DNA of 64,000 nucleotides. It comes from a virus. Location: positions 2,383 through 66,382 of the IMG/VR virus record IMGVR_UViG_3300020463_000018; one strand, given 5' to 3'. The position numbers were made by a program, and so were the translations under genes. The notes under the pieces are model-generated. The model saw only the letters and a program-made list of their open reading frames with translations, was not told the origin of the DNA and did not search any database. The stretch's first letter is position 1, and every line of letters begins with the position of its first letter. Shown here piece by piece: positions 1-9,426 of this stretch.

Positions 1-155
1 GTAGTTTTGCCTGTACCATTACGAGAACCGTCACCACCCAAGTCTAAGTTGTTACCAAGAACAAGAGTCAAATTATCCCGTGCAAGGTCAACGGCCTGTG
101 TGACGTTCCCTACACTCATAAAGTTTCGGATCGTAATATTTTTAATTTTTAGCAA
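1..155 (-). CDS. Recombination endonuclease ATPase subunit (T4 gp46/SbcC-Rad50-like), N-terminal part; runs off the window
   Basis: Not in the ORF track. Manual translation from TTG at 155 gives MLKIKNITIRNFMSVGNVTQAVDLARDNLTLVLGNNLDLGGDGSRNGTGKT, with Walker A NGxGKT. Lies downstream of the gp47-like gene. Confidence 0.9.
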   Translation of the reverse strand, partial: MLKIKNITIRNFMSVGNVTQAVDLARDNLTLVLGNNLDLGGDGSRNGTGKT

Positions 156-159
156 ATCA

Positions 160-762
160 TTACCTCTCTCTTGCGAACTTGCCTGTTTGAACTGGATCTA
201 AACTGATTTCATTTATATTAACATATTCTGGTTGTTGAAGCAACCATAAAACTATGTCTGCAATGTATTCTGTATCGATAAGTTTTCTTTCTGGATGTTT
301 TTTCATAACACTAGGAGTAGTTAAACTACCAGGTGATATCAGTGTTGATTTGATATTAGAACCGCCTTGTGTCATGTAAGTTAAATCACGATTGTAATGT
401 TTTAGTGCTTTCTTTTCTGTAGGATATCTCCATGTTCTGCCTTTTACACCAGTATCCGCAGTTGAACCAATATTAATAATGTGTGCAGACTTTTTTCTTT
501 CTACACATTTAGAATAAACTTGTTCAGCTATCATTACTTGATGAAATTTCCATAATGCAGAATTGTTAATGAATATATCAAAACCTTCATTGACAAAGTA
601 TTCAGCTAGTCTTTCTTGTTCTTCGTTTCTATCTAAAGACCAATCGTTGGTACGACTAGCAGTGCGATAACTAATATTATCCACACTATCAAAAAGATTG
701 CATATCGCTTTGCAAAGCCCATAGTACTTGTTTCCTGTGATTAATACATATAAATCTTTCAT
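160..762 (-). CDS. Short-chain dehydrogenase/reductase (SDR) family protein
   Basis: VLITGxxxxG, DIFINNSA, IINIGS and YxxxK (YPTEK) motifs; C-terminal PEYVNINEI. Confidence 0.8.
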   Translation of the reverse strand: MKDLYVLITGNKYYGLCKAICNLFDSVDNISYRTASRTNDWSLDRNEEQERLAEYFVNEGFDIFINNSALWKFHQVMIAEQVYSKCVERKKSAHIINIGSTADTGVKGRTWRYPTEKKALKHYNRDLTYMTQGGSNIKSTLISPGSLTTPSVMKKHPERKLIDTEYIADIVLWLLQQPEYVNINEISLDPVQTGKFARER

Positions 763-1778
763 TACAAATTCTGATACAATTCTACTAAAATCTTTCTATT
801 GAAACTTCCACCTTCATCGATAGAATTTAATTGTGAAATTACGATTTCATCAATCGTTTCAAAATGAAGTTCAGCACCTGTATCGTCTTCATGTTGTGTG
901 TTTTTCATTGGTTGTAATGATATATCTCTTAAGTCATATGCCTCAACAAAAGTATCTTTGATGAAGTTTGCTTCTTCGTAAGATATATCAATATCAAGTG
1001 TAATTCTTGCCGTTGTTTTTGGTAATAGATACTCAGCAGTATTTTCAAGCAAAGCAGACAACGTGATATTTTTATATTTAGGAGCATTAGGCCATGCAAA
1101 AAACTCAGGCTCTTTGTCCCATTCCAGGAACATCCAACCTCTTTCGTCATCTCCTGCATCGGAGAAGTTATGTGGGAATGCATTGCCCGTATATATCACG
1201 TTGCCCTTAATTTGCCGGTGATGAAAATGCCCTGAAAAAACGAACTCTTGGTTCGTAAACATCTCACTTTTTAAACCACCATGGTCAGGCATTTCGACCA
1301 TTGCGTTTAATTTGAACGTGGGAAGTTCAAAGTGTCCGAACATATATTTACTTTTTATCTTCGGAATTTTTTTCCATTCATCACCAACTAACCAACTGAC
1401 AAATGTACAATCACCTTCAGTGTGTACACTGTCTATCAGGATTATGTTGGGTAACTCTTTAACAAACTCTACTGAATTTACATCACGTGTTTCACGATAA
1501 AATAAATCATGATTACCTAGAATAAAATAAACTTTTTCGAAAGCATTGTTTAGTTTACGTAACCCATCTAGTGAATATTTCATTGTTGAAATATTAAGAC
1601 TAGCACGATTATGATGCCAGTCTCCACCGAATACACAAGTTTCGCAACCTTTAGCTTTGGCTTCTTCTATAAACCAATCGATAAATTCATCACAATCTTC
1701 ATTGTGTTGTCTTGCGTTGTTACGCATTCCATAATGTATGTCAGTAAACCAAGCGGCTTTCTTAAAAAGATTAGTCAT
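762..1778 (-). CDS. Recombination endonuclease subunit (T4 gp47/SbcD-Mre11 metallophosphoesterase)
   Basis: DIHYG, GGDWHH, GNHD, GHFE and SGHFH phosphoesterase motifs; start placed at MTNLF (1778). Confidence 0.92.
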   Translation of the reverse strand: MTNLFKKAAWFTDIHYGMRNNARQHNEDCDEFIDWFIEEAKAKGCETCVFGGDWHHNRASLNISTMKYSLDGLRKLNNAFEKVYFILGNHDLFYRETRDVNSVEFVKELPNIILIDSVHTEGDCTFVSWLVGDEWKKIPKIKSKYMFGHFELPTFKLNAMVEMPDHGGLKSEMFTNQEFVFSGHFHHRQIKGNVIYTGNAFPHNFSDAGDDERGWMFLEWDKEPEFFAWPNAPKYKNITLSALLENTAEYLLPKTTARITLDIDISYEEANFIKDTFVEAYDLRDISLQPMKNTQHEDDTGAELHFETIDEIVISQLNSIDEGGSFNRKILVELYQNL

Positions 1779-2643
1779 TATCGGCGTATATCTCTTTGAT
1801 TGTCTCTGTAGGAATTTGGTCATCAGTAATACGTGTTTTGATTACTTTCTGCCAACGTTCCTGCGATTTCATTTCATGTTCTAACTGTCTAGTCCAACTT
1901 GGCATTTGTCCTGACTTTTCTAATAAGTCATCACGAATACCTTGATTTTTCTTTTCAGTGTTAAGAACACGTGTAAATGAATTGTTAACTGCCGCGGTGT
2001 AATATGCAAATGGGTTATCACTTTTAGCTTCGTTGAACTGTAGTCCAATTTGTGTAAGTTGTAAAAGTGCTTGTCCCCTCATTTCGTCAATATATGTATA
2101 TCCACGCCAGTTACTTCTCTGAGAATAACGCTCTACTAATTTAATGTACATGTTGGCAAGTTTTGCAGTAATCTTACCACCCTGTAAATCAAATTCTTTG
2201 TTTTTATTATGATGTGAAATTCCAACTTCTTTGAATTTTCTTCCGTCTAGAACATAATGTTTGAAAGGCGGAAAGTTTAGTTTTACTTTATGGTCAGCTA
2301 TGGTCTTTGGATTGTTTTTTCTTCCTGGCTCATCAGGAACATGTTCAAAAGTCATAACTCTAAAAACTAAATCGTTCTTATCTATTGTGTCTAAATCGAC
2401 TAAAAAATCTGATTGTCTTTTCTTTTTGTCTTCGTTAAGTTCCCAGGCTTCTTTCTGCATTCTATCTGCCCGGTTTTGTTTTGCTTGGTCTATAGATTCA
2501 CGAATTTCTTTAACATCATTGACAATTATATCATATTGATGATGCTTATCTCTATCTTCAAACCAGCTATAATTAGCTTTAGAAGTGTGAATCTGCCTCA
2601 GCATGTCTTTATTATTTAAATAATTTTGACCTCTACGTGCCAT
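1771..2643 (-). CDS. Late-transcription sigma factor (T4 gp55-like)
   Basis: YLNNKDML, NWRGYTYIDEM and FNEAKSDNPFAYYT...NSFTRVLNTEKK are characteristic of gp55; gp55-gp47-gp46 synteny; AGGAG RBS before ATG 2643. Confidence 0.88.
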   Translation of the reverse strand: MARRGQNYLNNKDMLRQIHTSKANYSWFEDRDKHHQYDIIVNDVKEIRESIDQAKQNRADRMQKEAWELNEDKKKRQSDFLVDLDTIDKNDLVFRVMTFEHVPDEPGRKNNPKTIADHKVKLNFPPFKHYVLDGRKFKEVGISHHNKNKEFDLQGGKITAKLANMYIKLVERYSQRSNWRGYTYIDEMRGQALLQLTQIGLQFNEAKSDNPFAYYTAAVNNSFTRVLNTEKKNQGIRDDLLEKSGQMPSWTRQLEHEMKSQERWQKVIKTRITDDQIPTETIKEIYADND

Positions 2644-2668
2644 GGTTTTGCTCCTATTTAATATTATC

Positions 2669-2698
2669 ATTATACACTAAATTTTAACCGGTTGTCAA
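2669..2698 (-). promoter_or_regulatory. Sigma70-type promoter for the gp55-gp47-SDR-gp46 operon
   Basis: Minus strand TTGACA-18 nt-TATAAT. Confidence 0.7.
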
Positions 2699-2717
2699 GC
2701 TAAATATTTACTTTTTT

Positions 2718-2747
2718 AAACTACGAACTTTATATAACGATAAATAC
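2718..2747 (+). promoter_or_regulatory. Late promoter (GATAAATA) with conserved upstream element
   Basis: AAACTACGAACTTTATATAACGATAAATAC is 26/30 identical to 14483-14512; precedes baseplate genes. Confidence 0.7.
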
Positions 2748-2766
2748 ACAAAAGAAGGAGAATTTA

Positions 2767-3336
2767 ATGAACTTATATGAACGTATGCAACCAGTCTATA
2801 TCACAGATCCAAGTGGCAGACTAGGAGCATCTGGATTAGGAACAATACAATTTCCATATACACCAACTCTTAGTGTTATCACACAAACTGGATATAGTTC
2901 ATATGATTTGACACACTCAAATTTCCAACAAAGAGCATTTGAAATGGCGTCAAATACAGAATTTAATATGGCGGCACCTATAATAGTTCGTAGTGAAGAA
3001 GAGGCTCAAAGTGTATTGCAAATGGGTCAGTTTATTAGAGGTGCATTAAAAATGAATTTCGGTTGGCGAGATGAAGATGCGGGTCTACCCCCTCCTGTAC
3101 TAAGACTTTTTGCACATGGTATATATGAAAATGTACCAATACTTGTAAGAGACTTTACATGGAACTTAGACCAAGACATAGATTACATCAAATTAGCAGA
3201 TGGTAAAACTAGAGTTCCTGTACAACAAACATTCGTTCTATCACTAACTACAACATATTCTCCAAAAAACGTAAGAGATAATTTTACAATGAATGATTTC
3301 TTAAGTGGTAAACTAAAAAGTAAGGGGTACATCTAA
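2767..3336 (+). CDS. Putative baseplate/tail-tube initiator (gp48/gp54-like)
   Basis: FPYTP...THSN and GLPPPVLRL motifs typical of large myovirus tube-fold proteins; first gene of the late baseplate operon. Confidence 0.6.
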   Translation: MNLYERMQPVYITDPSGRLGASGLGTIQFPYTPTLSVITQTGYSSYDLTHSNFQQRAFEMASNTEFNMAAPIIVRSEEEAQSVLQMGQFIRGALKMNFGWRDEDAGLPPPVLRLFAHGIYENVPILVRDFTWNLDQDIDYIKLADGKTRVPVQQTFVLSLTTTYSPKNVRDNFTMNDFLSGKLKSKGYI

Positions 3337-3629
3337 TGCCTTATGATCCTACATCTCCTTGGAAGAAGACTCCAGTGATTCAAGATAAAGTCTTGGACAT
3401 AATGAACGATACATTTCTAGATGTTAGTCCTCTAGATGAAATTTATATTATTCCACAAGAATATAATCAGAGACCTGATTTAGCTAGTTACAAATTGTAT
3501 AGCACTTCAAAGTATTGGTGGATTTTTGCAAAGAGAAACCCTGACATAATAGAAGACCCTATTAGAGACTTTACGGCAGGAACAAAAATAGCAATTCCTA
3601 GCAAAAATCAAATCGATAACATGAAGTAA
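3336..3629 (+). CDS. Baseplate wedge protein, gp53/LysM-like
   Basis: RPDLASYKLY...WWIFAKRNPD...IAIP motif. Confidence 0.75.
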   Translation: MPYDPTSPWKKTPVIQDKVLDIMNDTFLDVSPLDEIYIIPQEYNQRPDLASYKLYSTSKYWWIFAKRNPDIIEDPIRDFTAGTKIAIPSKNQIDNMK

Positions 3630-3634
3630 AAACA

Positions 3635-6600
3635 ATGGCTGTAAGAAGTGTAAGAAATAATAATCCAGGAAACATACGAACAAACTCTACCAAATGGAAG
3701 GGTAAGACAGGTGACGATGGTTCATTTGTTACGTTTGATACACCTGAAAAAGGTGTTAGAGCAATGGCAAAGACTCTGGAAACTTATCAGAACAAACACG
3801 GATTAACAACCACTGCCCAAATCATTAATCGTTACGCACCAACAAGTGAAAATAATACACAAGCATACATAAATGCAGTTGCCAAATCTGCAGGAGTAGA
3901 TCCGAATCAAGAAATAGATTTAAGTGCAAATCCTGCCTTACATAAAAAATTTATTGCCGCAATGATAAAACACGAAGGTGGAGCCGAAGCCGCTGAATAT
4001 TTTAGTAAAGGCAATATCATAGACAATGGTATTAAAATGGCAGTTGATGAAGATTTCGATAATAAAGAATCACCATTAGATGATACTGAGGCAAACAACG
4101 CAATGCTAGAAGCCCAACGAGAACAAGAGGCTGAAGGTATAGACAAAGTTGATGAAACTACAGAAGACCAACTAGATCCAGCAGAAAGTAAAAGACAGAT
4201 TTTAAATAGTGCATCAAGTCTTGCAGAACTCATTGAAAGGATGGAAAAGAAAAATCTATTCTGGGATAATGAATTAGATAAATTTCAACAATTTACTTAC
4301 AATTTAGAATTGTTTGTTGTCAATCAACAAGAAGCCGCAAAATTTCTAGCATATGAAAATATACCAACATTACTGAACGATGTTGTAAATGATGCATGGC
4401 CTACTGACCAAATTGAAAAAATAACTATTGCAAAAACTGGTGTGACTACAGAATTAAACATAACAGATTTAAATGTTCAGTCAACAGGTTACGGAAACGT
4501 CAACACTTCAAGAATGGCAGGAACTGCCATTACATTAGATTTTAATATAACTCAAGTTGGTGGTACATCATTGCCTGATATGTTAAACAATACTGCATTA
4601 CTATGTGGTTATCCTAATACTGCGTCCGCAGTGTATTTTATGAAAATAAAATTTTTAGGATATGACGATAACGACACAGTAACTAGAAATTTTCCAGCAA
4701 CTAAAGTGTTGCCTTTTAGACTTAGAAGTTATAGAAATTTACAAACTACTACAGATGCTAGAGGAACAACAACAAGATTAGAAGGTACTATCATTGCAGA
4801 TACAGTTATTACTGATACGAGTGTAGGACAAGTTGACTACAATTTTGAATTTGATATTAAAGACACACTAGGCGAAACACTTGATAGTTTCTTTGAGGCT
4901 CTTAATACGTCAGTAAAAGACAAAGCTATCATAAGTGATCCTAACTTTATCAATGAATACAAATTTGAATTATCAGATGAATTTAAAGAAAAGTTTGGTC
5001 AAGCAGAAATGAAAGATCCAAATAATCCTAATATGGCATCTGGTAATAATAAAACTGACAAAAAGAAATCAATAAAATTAGGAATGCAAACAGGTGTAAT
5101 AACTCCTGGTGTATCAATTTACAATGCGATAGAAAGCATAATAATGAATGCAAAACAAGTCAGAGAAGAACTTCTTGAATCAAAAGATAAAGAAACAGAC
5201 TTGTTTAACATAAAACCTCACGGAGAACCAAAACTAAAAGGTTATAATGTTCTTAGTGCATCGTACTGTTACAATATAACATATTTTATTAATCTACACA
5301 AAGTTATATTACCAAAAAATCAAATTGATAATGCTAATTTGATTTCTAAAACTGCAGGCCTATTAAGAAACATTTTCTTATCTGGTCGTTGTCATAAAAG
5401 ATATTACTATACATACACAGGTAAGAATGACCAGATAATAGATTTTAATGTTCAACTTACAGAACAGTTACAAAAGTCATACTCACAACCTGGCGATGCA
5501 TATATGGCAAATGTATTCTTAGACCAAATAGGTGACTATAGAAAAGAAATTGATGAAAAGGCGTTACAAAAATTAACTGAACTTGAAGCAGAGGCAAAAG
5601 TACTACAACAAGAATTTGATAAAGAAGAACAAGAAGCCGAACAATTAATTAAAGACTTCAAGCAGATGAATACGAAACTTAAAAACGAATTCATGGATAG
5701 ATTAGTTAATCAGTACGGTGTTGGCTTTGGTAAACTTGGCAGACTTGATGCTTCCTATATTAGAAAAGCAGATATAAATCAGATAGGAAGTATTCTTCAA
5801 ACAGATGCAGAATCAGGAAATGCTAAGGCTGTAGAGGCATATGAAATATTCAATGATATTCTAAAAGGCGAAACAAGAAAAAACTTTAATAAATTAAACA
5901 ATCAAGTTAGAGATGCTAAATTAGAATCAAATGCGGCCTTAAAAAAGTTAGAAGAAAATCAAAGAGAAAATGATAATGTTACTAGAGAGGCTTTAGGTCA
6001 TTTATTATCTAACAAAGCACTAGAGGCAACTTCTGCTATACAAGAAAGTTGGCAAGGACTAGGTCTGTCTGATACTAACGGAGATCCAGGAATTGTTCTA
6101 ACTGAGGAACTAGACAGAGAGATTGTAGCAAAATTAAGTTTACAACAATTTAGTGCATTGATGAAAACACTTGTAGAAAATCCAATTAACTTTGCAAGAA
6201 TAACAAAACCTTTATTAGCTAACCCAACAAAATTAAATGTAGTCAAACATCCTAATCAAGAAGAAGTAGAATTAGCACAAGAAAAATATTACGAAGGTAA
6301 AGCAGGAAACCTAAGTATGATAAGAGCAACGATGACAATTAAAGGAGATCCTTTTTGGATTGAAACAATGTTACCAGTTGAAGTTGAAAAGGGAAATTTT
6401 GGGACAAAGAATTCAAATGAAGATTACAAAATGCATTCTACACAATTTAATGGATATAACTATTGTGCAATTATTGTTGACAAAGCAGAAGGAAACTTCT
6501 TAAATGATGCAGATAGAATTGGTCAAGATGCGGCAAACTCAGATGGAATAAAAAAGACTAGATTAGAAACTATGATATACATGGTCAATTCAATTACTAG

Positions 6601-8518
6601 TAGCTTTTCTGGAGGACAGTTTACACAAACACTAGAAATGGTCAAACAACCTTCGGCTTCAACATTTAAAGAATTTCAACCTAAACTATTTAATGTAGGT
6701 GCACCTGAAAATTGGGGTGACGAATATGGTGTTGTTTATACAAACATTGAAGCAGAGAAAGGCTTAAATGATGACGTAGTTGAAAAAGAAAAACAAAGTG
6801 CAGATGCAGATAATATTGCAGACAGTGCCGTAGGCGCTGGATCAGATGTGTCACAAGATGTTGATGGCGATGGAGTAAATGATAGAATTAATCCTAGTGA
6901 TCCTTCTACAGGATTTGCTCAAAGAAATGCCGCATTGACGGCGTCAGTAAATGCTTTTGTTTCTGAATCTCCGTTTGCAACCGAGGCACAGGCAAAAGCA
7001 GTAGCTAATGCATTATCTTATATGGAGGGTGCTTGTTTACAAGGACATGTTGCAAGTTGTAATGCCAAAGATTTAGCATATCAAGATTTGGCAACTTACA
7101 GAGGGACATTTACAGATGCCACAGATGCTAGGGACCAAATAAATGAATTTATAGATAATGGCGGAACAGTATCTCCAGCCACTATTGCGGTAATGGATCA
7201 AGCATATGAAGGATTAGGCCAAGCAAAAATACAAGATGGTGTAGTTAATGTAAATCAAGCTGAAATAGATGCATTCAATGATGAAATAGATAATAATACA
7301 AAAGCATATGTAGTAGGCAACAACGATATGATATTTAATCCTAAAGATGCATTACAAAATATTGAACCAAGCGACAATGGAACTGCTGGTGCAGATGCAT
7401 TAATCAATGGTGATATATCATTAACAGACAAGGGAATTAGAGTAAAAAATTCTTCAACACAAATCACTAATGGCATGATAAGTTCTAGGTCATATGGTTT
7501 TGAGATAGATACTAATACATTAACTGAACAAGAAATGAATAATGTAAAATCTTTAAATAATGAGGCACAAGACATTATTGGAAACAAAGGTCTTCATCAA
7601 TTAACTGATGAAGAATATTCAAGAGTGAAAACTATTGAAGATACAATAGATGATATAGAAAGAGGTGCAACAACAGGAACACGTGGTGAAATAAGAGATT
7701 CCTTAGAAGCCGACAGACTAAAAACACAAATTGAAAAAGATGAGGCAGAACTAAAAGAAAAGAATGATGATTTAGATAGTTGGTATTGGACTGAAAAAGG
7801 AAGGCGTGAAGATGAAGAAAGAAAAGCAGAATTACAACAATCTATTGCAGACAATAGAGAAAAATTACAAGACATAGAACAAGATCCAGTTAGTGGTATT
7901 GTATCTTCAAAAGATGCTAACGGAGAATTAGTTCATACACCAGTAGAAGTAGCAGTAAAAGTTACTGATCCTGATATAGGAAATATTCCTGTAAAAATAG
8001 GCGATGATAATCGTGTTGATATTGTTACACAAGACGGTATACAAAACTATCAACAAGATGGTGATGGACAATTAACTAATGCCCAAGTTGCTGAATATAA
8101 AGGTGCTAGTTCAGTTTATAATCAAATAATAGAACAAGCAAACAATAAACCTAAAATTGCACTTACTGATGAATTTGGAACAGAAGAAGTTTTAGATTAT
8201 TCAAACTTAGACCCTATAAGCTATCAAGATGAAAATGGAAATACAGTAACTATACAAGATCCTAGTACGCATTTTGGATTAGTTGATACAACTAAAGGCG
8301 CAAATGACGTAGAAAGATATCAATTAAATAGTACAACATTAAAAAATAAAGTTGCATCAAGTAGTAATTTTCCAAATGTAGAAACAACAAATGTTAGAAT
8401 GTCATCTACTGACAGAAATGATTCAGATGATGTATTACAAGGAAGAATAGGTAAAAATGATTTTGTAGTAGTTGCACAAGAAAGAGTACAAGAACAAGAG
8501 GATGGGCCACAACAATGA
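3635..8518 (+). CDS. Large baseplate hub/tail-associated protein with N-terminal lysozyme-like domain
   Basis: N-terminal RNNNPGNIR...YAPxxENNTxAY; TIKGDPFW and SSFSGGQFTQTLEM are hub-like; central coiled coil; lies between gp53-like and gp5-like genes. Confidence 0.6.
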   Translation: MAVRSVRNNNPGNIRTNSTKWKGKTGDDGSFVTFDTPEKGVRAMAKTLETYQNKHGLTTTAQIINRYAPTSENNTQAYINAVAKSAGVDPNQEIDLSANPALHKKFIAAMIKHEGGAEAAEYFSKGNIIDNGIKMAVDEDFDNKESPLDDTEANNAMLEAQREQEAEGIDKVDETTEDQLDPAESKRQILNSASSLAELIERMEKKNLFWDNELDKFQQFTYNLELFVVNQQEAAKFLAYENIPTLLNDVVNDAWPTDQIEKITIAKTGVTTELNITDLNVQSTGYGNVNTSRMAGTAITLDFNITQVGGTSLPDMLNNTALLCGYPNTASAVYFMKIKFLGYDDNDTVTRNFPATKVLPFRLRSYRNLQTTTDARGTTTRLEGTIIADTVITDTSVGQVDYNFEFDIKDTLGETLDSFFEALNTSVKDKAIISDPNFINEYKFELSDEFKEKFGQAEMKDPNNPNMASGNNKTDKKKSIKLGMQTGVITPGVSIYNAIESIIMNAKQVREELLESKDKETDLFNIKPHGEPKLKGYNVLSASYCYNITYFINLHKVILPKNQIDNANLISKTAGLLRNIFLSGRCHKRYYYTYTGKNDQIIDFNVQLTEQLQKSYSQPGDAYMANVFLDQIGDYRKEIDEKALQKLTELEAEAKVLQQEFDKEEQEAEQLIKDFKQMNTKLKNEFMDRLVNQYGVGFGKLGRLDASYIRKADINQIGSILQTDAESGNAKAVEAYEIFNDILKGETRKNFNKLNNQVRDAKLESNAALKKLEENQRENDNVTREALGHLLSNKALEATSAIQESWQGLGLSDTNGDPGIVLTEELDREIVAKLSLQQFSALMKTLVENPINFARITKPLLANPTKLNVVKHPNQEEVELAQEKYYEGKAGNLSMIRATMTIKGDPFWIETMLPVEVEKGNFGTKNSNEDYKMHSTQFNGYNYCAIIVDKAEGNFLNDADRIGQDAANSDGIKKTRLETMIYMVNSITSSFSGGQFTQTLEMVKQPSASTFKEFQPKLFNVGAPENWGDEYGVVYTNIEAEKGLNDDVVEKEKQSADADNIADSAVGAGSDVSQDVDGDGVNDRINPSDPSTGFAQRNAALTASVNAFVSESPFATEAQAKAVANALSYMEGACLQGHVASCNAKDLAYQDLATYRGTFTDATDARDQINEFIDNGGTVSPATIAVMDQAYEGLGQAKIQDGVVNVNQAEIDAFNDEIDNNTKAYVVGNNDMIFNPKDALQNIEPSDNGTAGADALINGDISLTDKGIRVKNSSTQITNGMISSRSYGFEIDTNTLTEQEMNNVKSLNNEAQDIIGNKGLHQLTDEEYSRVKTIEDTIDDIERGATTGTRGEIRDSLEADRLKTQIEKDEAELKEKNDDLDSWYWTEKGRREDEERKAELQQSIADNREKLQDIEQDPVSGIVSSKDANGELVHTPVEVAVKVTDPDIGNIPVKIGDDNRVDIVTQDGIQNYQQDGDGQLTNAQVAEYKGASSVYNQIIEQANNKPKIALTDEFGTEEVLDYSNLDPISYQDENGNTVTIQDPSTHFGLVDTTKGANDVERYQLNSTTLKNKVASSSNFPNVETTNVRMSSTDRNDSDDVLQGRIGKNDFVVVAQERVQEQEDGPQQ

Positions 8519-9426
8519 TTTCTAATGAATTTTCAGTACTATCAGATTTTTCATGGGCAAGTCATAGAAAAGGTAGACCTGTAGGAGTACATCTAGATAA
8601 TAAATTTAATCACATAAATGAAGTGTGGGAAAATGAATATCCTACTAGAACTAATATTAATGACATAGAAAAGTTTGATAATATCGTTCCAATATTTGGT
8701 GATAGTTTTATGTTTTGTGCAGGTTTGCCTAGAGAATATGAAACTTCAAATTTATTAAACGTAAAATATTCAGATGTGAAATTTGTAAATTTTTCAAGAC
8801 CGGGTTCAGGCAATACAAGAATAATAACAGGAATAGAACAATGGGTAAACGATAAATTGTCTAAAAAAACTAAAACAATAGTAGTAGGACTTTCATCGAT
8901 GTACAGATTTGATTATTATATGGACACCGATTATCCTACATCTATATCTGCACACAATTCTATATATAATCCTGAAGCACATAAGTGGTTAAGAGCATTT
9001 GATATCATGCCACAGATGAATCCAAGAGAATTATACGATACTGAAAAACCAGAAATGCAAAGAAAAATACAAACCAACATATCAAAAGTTTGGGCACATA
9101 TGGTTGAACAAGAAACAAGTTATACAAACGTTTGGTTAAAAAATGTAGAGACAAGTATTAGAAGATTAGATTGGATAACAAAGGCTATGAATTGGAATAT
9201 AATCTTTGTTGACAATCTTTCATGGCACGAAAATATACATCCTGATGATAGAAATGTCTTTAATAAATATCAAGAAGATATGGACATGCCACAAAGAAGA
9301 TTTAAACATATTACTATGTGGGAAGAAAACAAAAGTGTTGAAGATAGATGTGATTGTGGGCATTGGGGCGTACAAACAATTAAAAACATGACAAGGAATA
9401 TACAAAAGGCATACGATGAAATCTAG
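8515..9426 (+). CDS. SGNH/GDSL-like hydrolase fold protein
   Basis: FGDSF, NFSRPGSGN and C-terminal DCGHWG. Confidence 0.5.
   Translation: MISNEFSVLSDFSWASHRKGRPVGVHLDNKFNHINEVWENEYPTRTNINDIEKFDNIVPIFGDSFMFCAGLPREYETSNLLNVKYSDVKFVNFSRPGSGNTRIITGIEQWVNDKLSKKTKTIVVGLSSMYRFDYYMDTDYPTSISAHNSIYNPEAHKWLRAFDIMPQMNPRELYDTEKPEMQRKIQTNISKVWAHMVEQETSYTNVWLKNVETSIRRLDWITKAMNWNIIFVDNLSWHENIHPDDRNVFNKYQEDMDMPQRRFKHITMWEENKSVEDRCDCGHWGVQTIKNMTRNIQKAYDEI

Noticed and set aside
7-201. Plus-strand 64-aa ORF
   Set aside because: Antisense shadow of the gp46 N-terminus, which has a clear Walker A motif on the minus strand
6856-6882. DVDGDGVND calcium-binding-like motif in the hub-like protein
   Set aside because: Single copy in an acidic low-complexity linker; not enough for a domain call
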